Of a DNA stretch of 64,000 bases, positions 40,360 to 52,300 are shown piece by piece (position 1 is the first letter of the stretch; each line of letters starts with the position of its first letter). The DNA lies in contig NC_088807.1 in assembly GCF_011386835.1 (NCBI RefSeq), forward strand, positions 20,522,001 through 20,586,000, in the 5' to 3' direction. The notes beneath the pieces are model-generated. The model saw only the letters and a program-made list of their open reading frames with translations. It did no database searches and was not told the origin of the DNA. Position numbers and translations under genes: made by a program. The stretch is from Chrysemys picta bellii. Taxonomy: Eukaryota.

Positions 40360-41090
40360 AGATCCCCCCAGGACAGAGTGAAAGGGGGAGGTCCCCAAGC
40401 CGGGAGTTAAGGGGGGCAGGGGACTGGTCCTCCCCAGGACAGAGTGAAAGGGGGCAGGTCCCCCAGCAGAGAGTTAAGGGGGGCAGGGGGCTGGTCCCCC
40501 AGCAGGGAGTTTAGGGAGGCAGGTCCCCCCAGGACAGAGTGAAAGGGGGAGGTCCCCCAGCAGGGAGTTAGGCGGGGCTGGTCCCTCAGCAGGGAGTTAA
40601 GGGGGGCAGGTCCCCCCAGGACTGAGTGAAAGGGGGCAGGTCCCCAAGCAGGGAGTTAAGGGGGGCAGGGGACTGGTCCTCCCCAGGACAGAGTGAAAGG
40701 GGGCAGGTCCCCCAGCAGAGAGTTAAGGGGGGCAGGGGGCTGGTCCCCCAGCAGGGAGTTTAGGGAGGCAGGTCCCCCCAGGACAGAGTGAAAGGGGGCA
40801 GGTCCCCCCGCAGGGAGTTAAGGGGGGCAGGGGGCTGGTCCCCCAGCAGGGAGTTAAGGGGGGCAGGGGGCAGATCCCGCAGAAGGGAGTTTAGGGGGGC
40901 AGGGGGCTGGTCCCCCAGCAGGGAGTTTAGGGAGGCAGGTCCCCCCAGGACAGAGTGAAAGGGGGCAGGTCCCCCCGCAGGGAGTTAAGGGGGGCAGGGG
41001 GCTGGTCCCCCAGCAGGGAGTTAAGGGGGGCAGGGGGCAGATCCCGCAGAAGGGAGTTTAGGGGGGCAGGGGGCAGATCCCCCGCGCGGG
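40360..41090. repeat. Minisatellite (GGGGGCAGGTCCCCCAGCAGGGAGTTAA)
   Basis: Tandem units. Confidence 0.9.
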
Positions 41091-41106
41091 AGGGGGTGGG
41101 GGATAC

Positions 41107-41240
41107 CTGGCGCTGCAGACGGGCTGGGGGGGTCTCTCCTCTTTCGCGCCGGCTGTCTCTAACCCTCTCTCTCTGCCCGTCTGAATCGTCCCCCCCTCTC
41201 CAGCCCTACCCCTGGCAGCCGCCCCAGAAGGGAGGGGCCG
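41107..41240 (-). other. Probable non-coding first exon of EMP3
   Basis: Non-repetitive CpG-containing patch ending in donor CAG|GTATCC (41106-41101), with GC boxes upstream; 5' limit approximate. Confidence 0.4.
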
Positions 41241-41869
41241 GACGGGGCTGGCGTGTGTCTGGCGAAGTACAGCCCCCTAGATTTCCCCTCCCCCCGGGGG
41301 GGCATCCCCGAACGCAGGGAAACCCCAGAGCTTTCCACCCCCCTCAACGTGCTAACCCCCCAGAACAATGCCCAGAATCCCCCCCCCACACACACACACA
41401 CAGACTCAGACTTTGCTGCCCGCCAAAAATCATTCCTCCCCAAATTCCCCCACCAGGTAACGTGGGGAAGCAAACTGCAGGAGTTTGTGCCCCGTCATAA
41501 AAGACCCCCCAACATTTGAACAGAACCCCGTAAATTTCACAGTCCCCACCACTGCTAACCCTTCCCCCCCCCCGAATGGACGGCAGATGGGAAGGGCTAT
41601 GGGACACTAGCCCCCCCCCCCCCCCCGCCCCCCGGGCCAGCCAGGGACCCCACTCCTGGACAGCAAAGAGGGCAGGTTAATGGGGTCTGTGGAGTGGACC
41701 CCACTTGTAAAGGGTTAATAGGATTCCCCCTCCCCTGGGCAACTGGGGCTTTCACTTCCCCATTGAGGTTTGCCCAAAATAAGGAGCCGGTGCTGGGGAA
41801 CCAGGAATAGAAATAAACAGCTTTTTATCTTGGGAAGTGGTTAAAACGCGCGGATGGGGTGGGGGGGGG

Positions 41870-42300
41870 GGGCTGGGAGCCAGGACTCCTGGGTTCTATC
41901 CCCAGCTCTGTGCAGGCAGTGGGGGTCTAGTGGTTAGAGCAGGGGGGCTGGGAGCCAGGACTCCTGGGTTCTATCCCCAGCTCTGCGCAGGCAGTGGTGG
42001 TCTAGTGGTTAGAGCAGGGGGGCTGGGAGCCAGGACTCCTGGGTTCTATCCCCAGCTCTGTGCAGGCAGTGGGGGTCTAGTGGTTAGAGCAGGGGGGCTG
42101 GGAGCCAGGACTCCTGGGTTCTATCCCCAGCTCTGCGCAGGCAGTGGTGGTCTAGTGGTTAGAGCAGGGGGGCTGGGAGCCAGGACTCCTGGGTTCTATC
42201 CCCAGCTCTGTGCAGGCAGTGGGGGTCTAGTGGTTAGAGCAGGGGGGCTGGGAACCAGGACTCCTGGGTTCTAGCCCAACTCTGGGAAGGGAACGGGGTC
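41870..42300. repeat. 75-bp tandem array of dispersed repeat family A (CTAGTGGTTAGAGCAGGGGGGCTGGGAGCCAGGACTCCTGGGTTCT...)
   Basis: CTAGTGGTT at 41927, 42002, 42077, 42152 and 42227. Confidence 0.95.
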
Positions 42301-42729
42301 TAGAACTCAGCAGTGAGCAGGAGGCAAATGCCCGTGGATGCAGCTGCGCCCCCGCCCCCCGCCTGGCTGTTGTGGGGGCCCCCGGTGGAGACCCCAGGTA
42401 GCCCAAGCTGAGAGCCCAAAGGGGCGGAGATCGGGCAATAGGAAAGCAGACCTAGGTATCATCATCTCCCCACCCAACATCCTGTCCCCTGCCCAATCAG
42501 GCACGCGGTGCCCTGGCAACAGGCACCGCAAGCAGAATGGCAACTGCTGTGATGGGACAAACACAGATGGGTGGGTGGGGTGTTGGGGTTTGGTGGTTTC
42601 CTGTGCTGGGGTGTCGCGTGGTGTGTGTGTGTGTGTGACCAGAGGCCCATGTGAGTCACGCAGCCCCCAGCAGCCCCACCCTCTCCTCGCTGTATTCATG
42701 CAGCTGTACCAGGACCCTGCCCATGCACC

Positions 42730-43260
42730 TGCCTCCCCAGTTGTACACCCCACTCCCCCATGCACTCGGCAACCCAGCTGTGCACCCCACTTCCCAATGC
42801 ACTCGGCAACCCAGCTGTGCATCCCCCCGCCATGCATCCAGATCCCCCAGCTGTGCACCCTACTCCCCCATGCACCCAGCTGTGCACCCCACTCCCCAAT
42901 GCACTCGGCAACCCAGCTGTGCACCCCACTCCCCCATGCACTCGGCAACCCAGCTGTGCACCCCACTCCCCAATGCACTCGGCAACCCAGCTGTGCACCC
43001 CACTCCCCCATGCACTCGGCAACCCAGCTATGCATCCCCCCGCCTTGCATCCAGATCCCCCAGCTGTGCACCCCACTCCCCAATGCACCCAGCCCTCCAG
43101 CTGTGCACCCCACTCCCCAATGCACTCAGCAACCCAGCTGTGCACCCCACTTCCCAATGCACTCGGCAACCCAGCTGTGCATCCCCCCCCCCATGCACCG
43201 GGCTCCCCCAGCTATTCACGTGCCACAATGCGCCCAGCCCCCCAGCTGTGCACTTGCTTC
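42730..43260. repeat. 37-bp minisatellite (GCACCCCACTCCCCAATGCACTCGGCAACCCAGCTGT)
   Basis: Tandem units. Confidence 0.92.
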
Positions 43261-43439
43261 CCTATGCCCTTGGCCTCCTACCCGTGCACCTGTCCCCCCC
43301 ATCCGTGCACCCTGCTTCCCAATGCACCCGCCCCCCCCCAGCTATGCACATGCCCCAATGCATCCAGCGCCCCAGCTGTGCACGTGGCGCCCCAATGCTC
43401 CCAGGCCCAGCCCTCCGTCCACTTCCCAGTCTCAGCACA

Positions 43440-43720
43440 CAACTCGCATCCCGACTCCCGCCACAGAAAAGGGAAGGAGGAACCGCGCATGCGCGGGGCG
43501 CCCGCGGGAGGACGGGGGCAGCGGAAAGGGGCGGGGTTTGCGCACTGGGCGAGGCCTCGGTGGAGGGTGGGGGAAGGAAGAAGGGAGCTGTTGGGATAGC
43601 GCATGCGCAATGTCGGCCTGGCCCTGCTCAGAGTGGTGATTCAGGAGCCTGGGGGAGGGAGTGGCGCCAGGCTCCGCCCCCTGGCCTAGCCCCGCCCCCT
43701 GGCCTGGCCTCCTGGTGAGA
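43440..43720. promoter_or_regulatory. CpG-rich promoter-like element between head-to-head EMP3 and ODAD1
   Basis: NRF1-type GCGCATGCGC at 43484-43495 and 43598-43609, several GGGGCGG boxes, plus-strand donor CTG|GTGAGA at 43715. Confidence 0.55.
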
Positions 43721-43749
43721 CCCCATCACCCCCCCAGGGCAGGATATAG

Positions 43750-44370
43750 GGCCTTGGTGTGACCTGACAGGGCCTTCGTGTGAGCTGCCGGGGCCTTGGC
43801 GTGACGTGGCCTTGGCGTGAGCTGCCGGGGCCTTGGCATGACCGGCCGGGGCCTTGGCGTGATGGGGCCTTGGCGTGAGCTGCCGGGGCCTTGGCATGAC
43901 CGGCCGGGGCCTTGGCGTGATGGGGCCTTGGTGTGAGCTGCCGGGGCCTTGGTGTGACCTGACGTGGCCTTGGCGTGACTGGGCCTCGGCGTGACAGGAC
44001 CTTAGTGTGACGGGGTCTTGGTGTGACTGGACAGGGTCTTGGCATGACAGTACCTTGACGAGACGGGGTCACTGGGGCCTTGGCATGACCTGCTGGGACC
44101 TTGGCATGATCTGCCGGGTCCTTGGTGTGACAGGTCTTTGGAGTGATGTGGCCTCGGTGTGACCTGTCAGGACCGTGGTGTAGTGGGGCCATGGTGTGAC
44201 TTGATGGGGCCTTGGCATGACGGGTCCTTGGCTTGCCATGGCCTCTGTAGCTGGGGTGTGGCGGGCGTTTCTGGGGCCATGGTGAGATGGGACAGTGTCT
44301 TGGTGTGACCTGATGTGTCTTTGGGGTAGGGTCTTGGCATGACATGATGGTATGTTGGCATGACAGGAGG
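43750..44370. repeat. Minisatellite (GGGGCCTTGGCGTGA variants)
   Basis: Tandem diverged units; related copy at about 47380-47530. Confidence 0.88.
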
Positions 44371-45004
44371 GGGCGGACACGGGACAGAGTCTTAGAGCGA
44401 CCTGAGGGCACCCAGGTGAAATGAAACAACTCTGAGCAGCAGTGGCGCCCCCCTGTGGTTGTGACAGAGCAGCCATCCCATCCGGACACAGAGCCGCTGG
44501 GGAAGGGAGCAGTGTCACGTGTCCTCCCTCACCCTGTAGCCTCCAGCTCCACAGCCCCTCGGCTCCTCCCCCACATCCTGGCACCCCGCACCCCAGCAGG
44601 ACCCCACCCCAACCTGGCATCCCCGGTTCAGGCACCTGGGGGCTCCCTGGCTCGGAAATAAATGCCTCCCTGTTAACCCAGCCATTGCACTCCCTCTAAC
44701 CACTAGGCCCCACTCCCCTCCCAGAGCCGGGATAGAACCCAGGAGTCCTGGCTCCCAGTCCCCTGCAGTGTAAACATTCTGCATGGCTGGGGGCGGGAGG
44801 GATGGAGGTGTGTTTGTGATTGGGGTGCGGTGGGGAGAGGGGATGGGTGTGGGGTGGAGTGGGGGAAAGGGAGGTGTGGGGTTGGTGGGGGGAATAAAGG
44901 GGATTTTCCAGCATGGCTCTCCTGTTCTCCTTAATCTGACACGTCCCCCTTTTCTCCCACCCCCAGGGATCCGTCCTCTCCCCCCATTGGCTGAGGTATT
45001 TCTG

Positions 45005-45174
45005 CTTCCTGGAGACGGTTGCTAACAACTCGGGTGGTGCGGGTGTGGGGGGCGGCGATGCTGGCAGGCGAGGAGAGGCCAGGCGTGATCCCCGCACCTC
45101 CCTGTGCCTGGCACGGGCTGGGCTCCCCCCGAGCCCACTGACCATCCCCCCTGGACTGGCTGCCGGAGAGTGAG
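45005..45174 (+). promoter_or_regulatory. RFX X-box-like element and probable ODAD1 5' UTR exon
   Basis: GTTGCTAACAAC at 45018-45029, CpG-rich downstream, donor GAG|GTAAAT at 45175. Confidence 0.45.
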
Positions 45175-45563
45175 GTAAATCCCAGCACCCAGGGGTGGGG
45201 GGTACTGGGGCTAGGAAGGAAATCGGATCCCAGATCTCCCCCCCACCCTAAACCTTCCCCCCAAACTCTCCCCTGAGCCTCCAAACCTTGTACCCAACTC
45301 ACCACTGACCCCCCAGAACCTTCCCCCAACTCACCCCGATCCCTGAACCTTCCCCCCAAATTCACCACCGACCCCTGACCCCCCCCAAATTCCCACTTAC
45401 CACCTGAACCTTCCCCCCAAACTCTCCCCTGAGCCTCCAAATCTTCCCCCCAAACTCACCCTGACCCCTGAACTTTCCCCTGAGCCCCCTGAACCTTTCC
45501 CCCAAACTCACCCCAACCCCCTGAACCTTCCTCCCAAATTCACCACTGACCCCCTGAACCCAA

Positions 45564-45762
45564 GGGGGGAGGGATAGCTCAGTGGTTTGAGCATTGGCCT
45601 GCTAAACCCAGGGTTGTGAGTTCAATCCTTGAGGGGGCCACTTAGGGATCTGGGGCAAAATCAGTACTTGGTCCTGCTAGTGAAGGCAGGGAGCTGGACT
45701 TGATGACATTTCAGGGTCCCTTCCAGTTCTATGAGATAGGTATATCTCCATATATTTATTAT
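45564..45762 (+). mobile_element. tRNA-derived SINE (tortoise PolIII/SINE type) with a CR1-derived 3' tail
   Basis: A box TAGCTCAGTGG (45575-45585), B box GAGTTCAATCC (45618-45628), tail ggacttgatgac...cccttccagttctatga similar to CR1 ends elsewhere in the window. Confidence 0.88.
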
Positions 45763-46314
45763 AACCCACCCAAATTCCCACTTACCACCTGAACCTTCCC
45801 CCCAAACTCTCCCCTGAGCTTCCAAACCTTCCCCCAAACTCACCCTGACCACCTGAATCTGCCCCCAGCCACAGAACCACCTGATCCTTTGCTCCCAAAT
45901 GACCCCCCTCCAAACTCCACAGCTCCCTGAACCTTCCCCCCCCAATCCCATTCCACCCTCCAACTCCTTAAACCCTCCTAGCCCCTATGCACCAGCCCCA
46001 CGCCTTCCCCAGCCCCTCCAAAGCACGAGGTGGGAGACGGGGGCAGCGTTAGCCTCGGCTTGTGATGCCCCACCCCAGAATCAGCCACATGCCTGACAGT
46101 GCGAGGCCTGCCCCAGAGCCTCGGGAGGTTGCCCCCTCTCCTGATGCCCCAGTGCTGGGCTGGGCACCCCCGGCGTGCCCCCAGTGTCCAGCCACGCCCC
46201 CTGCACCCCTGTCTCTCTCTGGGCCATGGCAGCCGGGGTCCAGTTAAAAGCCCTCTCTCTCTCTCTCCCCACTCTCTTTCTTGGCCAGCTGTCGGCGAAG
46301 AGGAGGAGGAGAAG

Positions 46315-46381
46315 ATGCCGCTGCACCGATCTGCCTCGAGTACCCGCTCGGAGGGCAGCGACCTGGACCTGGAGGGCATCG
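46315..46381 (+). CDS. ODAD1: ODAD1 coding exon 1
   Basis: [22 protein letters not shown]; acceptor at 46288; donor G|GTAAAG. Confidence 0.85.
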
Positions 46382-49300
46382 GTAAAGGCTCTGCCCCAGG
46401 GCATTGTGGGAAGTCTAGGAATTGGCATCTCCAGGCTGCCACCAGACAGAATGGGAGCTACCCCGCTGCCTCCAGCGTGGACCTGCCGCCGGTGCCCTCT
46501 GCGTGGCTCTGCCCCCTGTGCACTGCACCCCCAGTGCCCATGTGTGGCCCCGCCCCCGTGCACTGTCCTCCCAGTGACTCCACACGGCCCCGTCTCCGTG
46601 CTCTACCCCCGGTACCCATCACATGACCTTCCTGCCCCCCCCCCCACGCACTCTGCATGGTCCCACCCTCTGTGCTCTGCCTCCCTGATGCCCCCCCGTG
46701 CGGCCTTGTCCCCTGTGCTCTGGCTCCAGTGCCCCCCAGCATGGTCCCGCCCCTTTATCTAGCCCCCTGGGTGCCCGCCTTCACAGCCTGTTGTCCCAGT
46801 GCCACATGGGGCTCCCTTCTCGTGACCCCACCACTCTAGTGCCCTCCCTGTTTTCTCTCCCTGCCCCACATCTCTGTCCGATCCCTGCCCCATGCCCTCG
46901 GTCCCAGGAGCTGGCGGTAACAGTACCCCGGCCCTCCCAGCACTACCCCATCAGCCCAGCCAGGGTGAGGGGTTCCCCCCCTGCCAGGCCGCCCTGGGGA
47001 TGAGCCATCCCAGCAGCCAGAGGCTGTGGGGAAGGCATCTGGGAGGGGGGCAGCAGGGCTGGTGGCCAGAGGACCAATCCTGCCTCTGGGGATGGGGGCA
47101 GCACCCCACTTAGTCAGACTGCTGAACTTAACAGACTTTGGATTGACCCCAGGGGGCTGAGATCAGAACCTGGCTTTGTCCCCATTGCAAATAGGAGTGA
47201 CTCTGGATTGGCCCTGAGGCGGGGGCTGAGATGAGAACCTGGCCCTGCCCTCTGCCTTTAGCCCCTCTGATCCCCTGATATCCCACCCCCAACTCTGTCC
47301 CAGTCCGGAGCATTGTCTTGTGGCTGGGATGACACCAATGCTTCACCCCAAAATGTGGGACCTTGGAATGAGGAAGTGGGACCTTGGTATGATAAGGGGT
47401 CTTGGCGTGATGGGATGGGGTATTGACGTGACAGGGTGAGGCCATGGCAGACCTTGGCATGACATGATGGGGCCTTGGCATGATGGGGCATGGCCTTGGC
47501 GTGACGTCACGGGGCCTTGGTGTGACAAGATAATCTTGTCCTCAGATGACAAAGGCCTCAGACTCATCTGCTGCCTTCTCTAACGATTCCCTTCCCCCTT
47601 TTCTGACCCCCCCACATTTCACCCCCCCCCCAGCTGAGAGCGAGCTGGCCAAGCTGCAGCGCCAGTTCCGGCTGCTAGAGGGTGACCGCCATGCCTACAC
47701 CCTGCAGTCCCAGGAGACCATCCGCAAGCAGCTGTATGTACCCCCTTGCGGTCCCTGGGGCCCAGGTCACCGAGCTGGGGCAGGAGACCTGGGAATTATC
47801 CCTGAGAGGAGGGTCACTGGGCTGGGGGGAGGGGCCTGGGAATGACCCCAGGGGGTGGGGTCACCAGGCTAGAGGGAGGGACCCAGGAAACATTCCAGGG
47901 GTCGGGGTCACCGGGCTGGGAGGCAGGTTCAACACACAAACCTATACAACGCAACTGACACCCCCCACACACCGTAACACAGACTGACACACTCCCCTCT
48001 GCACACTGATGCGTTATTGATGTAACACTCAGCCCCCTAACGACCCACGTGGGCCTAGCAACACTCTCCCACCCCACACACACACACACTAGGCTGGGTC
48101 ACTGCCCTCCGCCCCGCTCCCCCCACATGTTCACACTCACTCGGACGAGATCACACACATGAGTCCCACATTGGATCACACGCAGTAGATCACACAGAGG
48201 CATACAGTCAGACAAGCTCACATTAGATCACACTCGCACACTTGAACACCCACACTCAAACCGTAGCTCACACACACATACCAGGTGACCCAGACTTACC
48301 TGCCCACAAGATCCCATGTTAGATCCCACTCGCACACGACACTGCGCAGACACCAGATCACACTAGATCCCGCCAACACATGCCAGATCACCATAGATCA
48401 CACACCAGATCTCTCTGACACCCACCAGATCACGCACACACCATCTCCCACCTGATCCCGCACACTGACACCCACCACATCACACACACACACAATCACA
48501 CACACTAGCTCGCACACCCTCCCACAAGTTCTCTCCATCCTCTTCCCCCGATGCTCCACACCCTCCAGTAGATCCAGCCCCCGCTGCCCCCTGCGTGCTG
48601 GGCCCCAGCATACCCCGCCTACCCTCCACCCTGCGCCATGGGGCCCCACCACTGCCACCATCCCACCCCAGCGCTGCCTGCCACCCGGCGCCTCTCCCTG
48701 CCGCCCATCTCTGCTGGCCACCCTGGTGTCTCCGACAGGGCCGACCTGCAGCGGCTAGAGAAGGAGCGGAAGGGGCTGCTGTGGGACCTGCGGGTGGCGG
48801 AGGGCCGTGCCAACAGGCAGCGGGAGCAGGAGCAGGCCGGCAGCCTACGCACCCTGCTGCGGAACCAGGACCAGGTGGAGGAGCAGGCGGCTGCCGAGAG
48901 GAGGACGGTGACCCAGCTAGACCAGGAGGTACCACTGGACTGGTAGGGTGATGTAGTGGTTAGAGCAGAGGGGCTGGGAACCAGGACTCCTGGGTTCTCT
49001 CCCTGCCTCTGGAAGGGGAGTGGGGTCTAATGGTTTGAGCAGAGGGGCTGGGAGCCAGGACACCTGGGTTCTCTCCTGGCTTGGGGACGGGAGTGGGGCT
49101 GCGGCAATCAGACTGTGTCCCTGGCAGGGCTCCCCCCTTCTCCTGTTCCCTGGTGAGTGAACAGGATGGGATGGGCGTGGAGGAGAGGCTCGGTGTGGCT
49201 CTTCCTCTATCCCACAATGCTATGCGGGGAATTACCCACAAGGCCTTGAATGATTTCAGAAAGGGGAACTACACATAAATGTAGGGGTTAGTGAAAGAGA

Positions 49301-52300
49301 AATTAAAAGGTACAGTACCAAAAGTGAAATCCCTGCAAGCCGCGTGGAAACTTTTTAAAGACACCATAATAGAGGTTCAACTGAAATGTATACCCCAAAT
49401 TAAAAAACATGGTAAGAGAACCAGAAAAGAGCCACCGTGGTTAAACAACAAAGTAAAAGAAGCAGTGAGAGGCAAAAAGGCGTCCTTTAAAAAGTGGAAG
49501 ATAAATCGTAATGAAGAAAATAGAAAAGAGCATAAACTCAGGCAAATGAAGTGTAAAAATATAATTAGAAAGACCAAAAAAGAATTTGAAGCACAGCTAG
49601 CCAAAGACTCCAAAAGTAATAGCAAAAGGTTTTTTAAATACATCAGAAGTAGAAAGCCTGCTAAACAACCAGTGGGGCCACTGGACGACCGAGATGCTAA
49701 AGGAGCACTCAATGACAATAAGGCCATTGCAGAGAAACTAAATGAATTCTTTGCATAGGTCTTCACTGTTGAGGATGTGAGGGAGATTCCCAAACCTGAG
49801 CCATTCTTTTGGGGTGACAGATCTGAGGAACTGTCCCAAGTTGAGGTGTCATTAGAGGAGGTTTTGGAACAAATTGATAAACTAAACAGTAATAAGTCTC
49901 CAGGACCTGATGGTATTCACCCAAGAGTGCTGAAGGAACTCAAATATGAAATTGCAGCACTATTAACTGTCATCTGTAACCTATCATTTAAATCAGCTTC
50001 TGTACCAACTGACTGGAGGATAGCTAATGTGACGCCAGTTTTTAAAAAGGCCTCCAGAGGTGATCCTGGCAATTACAGGCACCCGGTACGCCTCACTTCA
50101 GTACCAGGCAAATTAGTTGAAACTATTGTAAAGAACAAAACTGTCAGACACACAGATGAACATAATTTGTTAGGAAATAGTCAACATGGGTTTTGTAAAG
50201 GGAAATCACGCCTCACCAATCTACTAGAATTCTTTGAGGGAGTCAACAAGCATGTGGACAAGGGGGATCCAGGGTACTTAGATTTTCAGAAAGCCTTTGA
50301 CAAGGTCCCTCACCAAAGGCTCTTAACCAAAGTAAGCAGTCATGGGATAAGAGGGAAGGTTCTCTCATGGATTGGTAACTGGTTAAAAGATAGGAAACAA
50401 GGGGTAGGAATAAATGGCCAGTTTTCAGAATGGAGAGAGGTAGATAGTGGTGTCCCCCAGGGGTCTGTACTGGGCCGAGTCCTATTCAACATATTCATAA
50501 ACGATCTGGAGAAAGGGGTAAACAGTGCGGTGGCAAAATTTGCAGATGATACAAAACTACTCAAGATAGTTAAGTCCCAGGCAGACTGCGAAGAGCTACA
50601 AAAGAATCTCACAAAACTGGGTGACTGGGCAACAAAATGGCAGGTGAAATTCAATGTTGATAAATGCAAAGTAATGCACATTGGAAAACAATCCCAACTA
50701 TACATATACAATGATGGGGTCTAAATTAGCTGTTACCACTCAAGAAAGAGATCTTGGAGTCATTGTGGATGGTTGTCTGAAATCATCCACTCAACGTGCA
50801 GCGGCAGTCAAAAAAGCGAACAGAAGGTTGGGAATCATCAAGATAGGGATAGATAATAAGACAGAAAAGATCCTATTGCTTCTATATAAATCCATGGCAC
50901 GCCCACACCTTGAATACTGCGTGCAGATGTGGTCGCCCCATCTCAAAAAAATATATATTGGAATTGGAAAAGGTTCAGAAAAGGGCAACAAAAATGATTA
51001 GGGGTATGGAACGGCTGCCGTATGAGGAGAGATTCATAAGACGGGGTCTTTTCAGCTTGGAAAAGAGGCGTCTAAGGGGGGATATGATAGAGGTCTATAA
51101 AATCATGAGTGGCATAGAGAAAGTAAATTAAGGAAGTGTTATTTACACCTTCTCATAATACAAGAACAAGGGGCCACCAAGTGAAATTAATAGGTAACAG
51201 GTTTAAAACAAACACAAGAAAATATTTTTTTCACGCAACACACTGTCAACCTCTGGAACTCCTTGCCAGAGGCTGTTGTGAAGGCCAATACTATAACAGG
51301 ATTCAAAAGGGAGCTAAATAGATTCATGGAGGACAGGTCCACCAATGGCTATTCGCCAGGATAGGTAGGGATGGTGTCCCTAGCCTCTGTTTGCCAGAAG
51401 CTGGGATTGGGTGACAGGGCGTGGCTCACTTGATGATAACCTGTCTGTTCATTCCCTTTGGGGCACCTGCCATTGGCCACTGTCAGAGGACAGGATAATG
51501 GCCTTGATGGACCTTTGGTCTGACCCAGTATGGCCGTTCTTGTGTTCTTATGATGCTACAGTGCATCCCAGCATGCTCTGGGACAGAGCCTGGGGGATCA
51601 GGCCAAGATGTCCCCCTTCCTCTGGCTGGCGGTTGGCTTTGGTGCCCCCTTCCTTTATCCATCCCAAAGGGCACTGCTGGGCATCACCCAGAAGCTCTTG
51701 GGGGTGCTATGGGGCACCCAAGGCAGTGAGGCCGTGGGGCTCGGGCTGTGGTTCCTAACGGTGTGTCCCCCCCCGGCAGATCCGGAGCTGGGAGAAGCGG
51801 CTGGCAGGGCTGGCGAAGCAGGCGGGCAGTGCAGGAGTCAGCCAGCGGCACAAGGCCCAGGGCCAGAGGAGGGTGCGCACCCTGGAGAACCAGCTGGATA
51901 AGGTGACGGCGGGCAGGGCTGTCACTGCCGGAGGGGACGCTAGTGATTAGAGCAGGCGAGGGGGGGCTGGGTTCTATCCCCCGCTCGGGGAGGGGAGTGG
52001 AGGATAGGGGTTAGAGCAGAGGGGCTGGGAGCCAGGACGCCTGGGTTCTCTCCTGGCTCGGGGAGGGGAGTGGAGAATAGGGGTTAGAGCGGAGGGGCTG
52101 GGAGCCAGTATGCCTGGGTTATCTCCCGGCTCGGGGAGGGGAGTGGAGGATAGGGGTTAGAGCAGAGGGGCTGGGAGCCAGGACGCCTGGATTCTCTCCC
52201 GGCTCGGGGAGGGGAATGGGGTGTAATTGCCGGCCCCAGGGAGTGAGGCTGTGTTCCATGTTGGGAGGCTTCACCAGGTGCCTGGGCCCTCAGGGGGGCT

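Noticed and set aside
42307-43718. ORFs of 272-433 aa on both strands
   Set aside because: They run through a 37-bp minisatellite that lacks stop codons
45564-45640. tRNA gene
   Set aside because: The tRNA-like head continues into a CR1-type tail, so this is a SINE rather than a functional tRNA
49291-51131. Host reverse-transcriptase gene
   Set aside because: Broken by a stop and a frameshift, 5'-truncated and ending in a CR1 tail; a dead LINE copy
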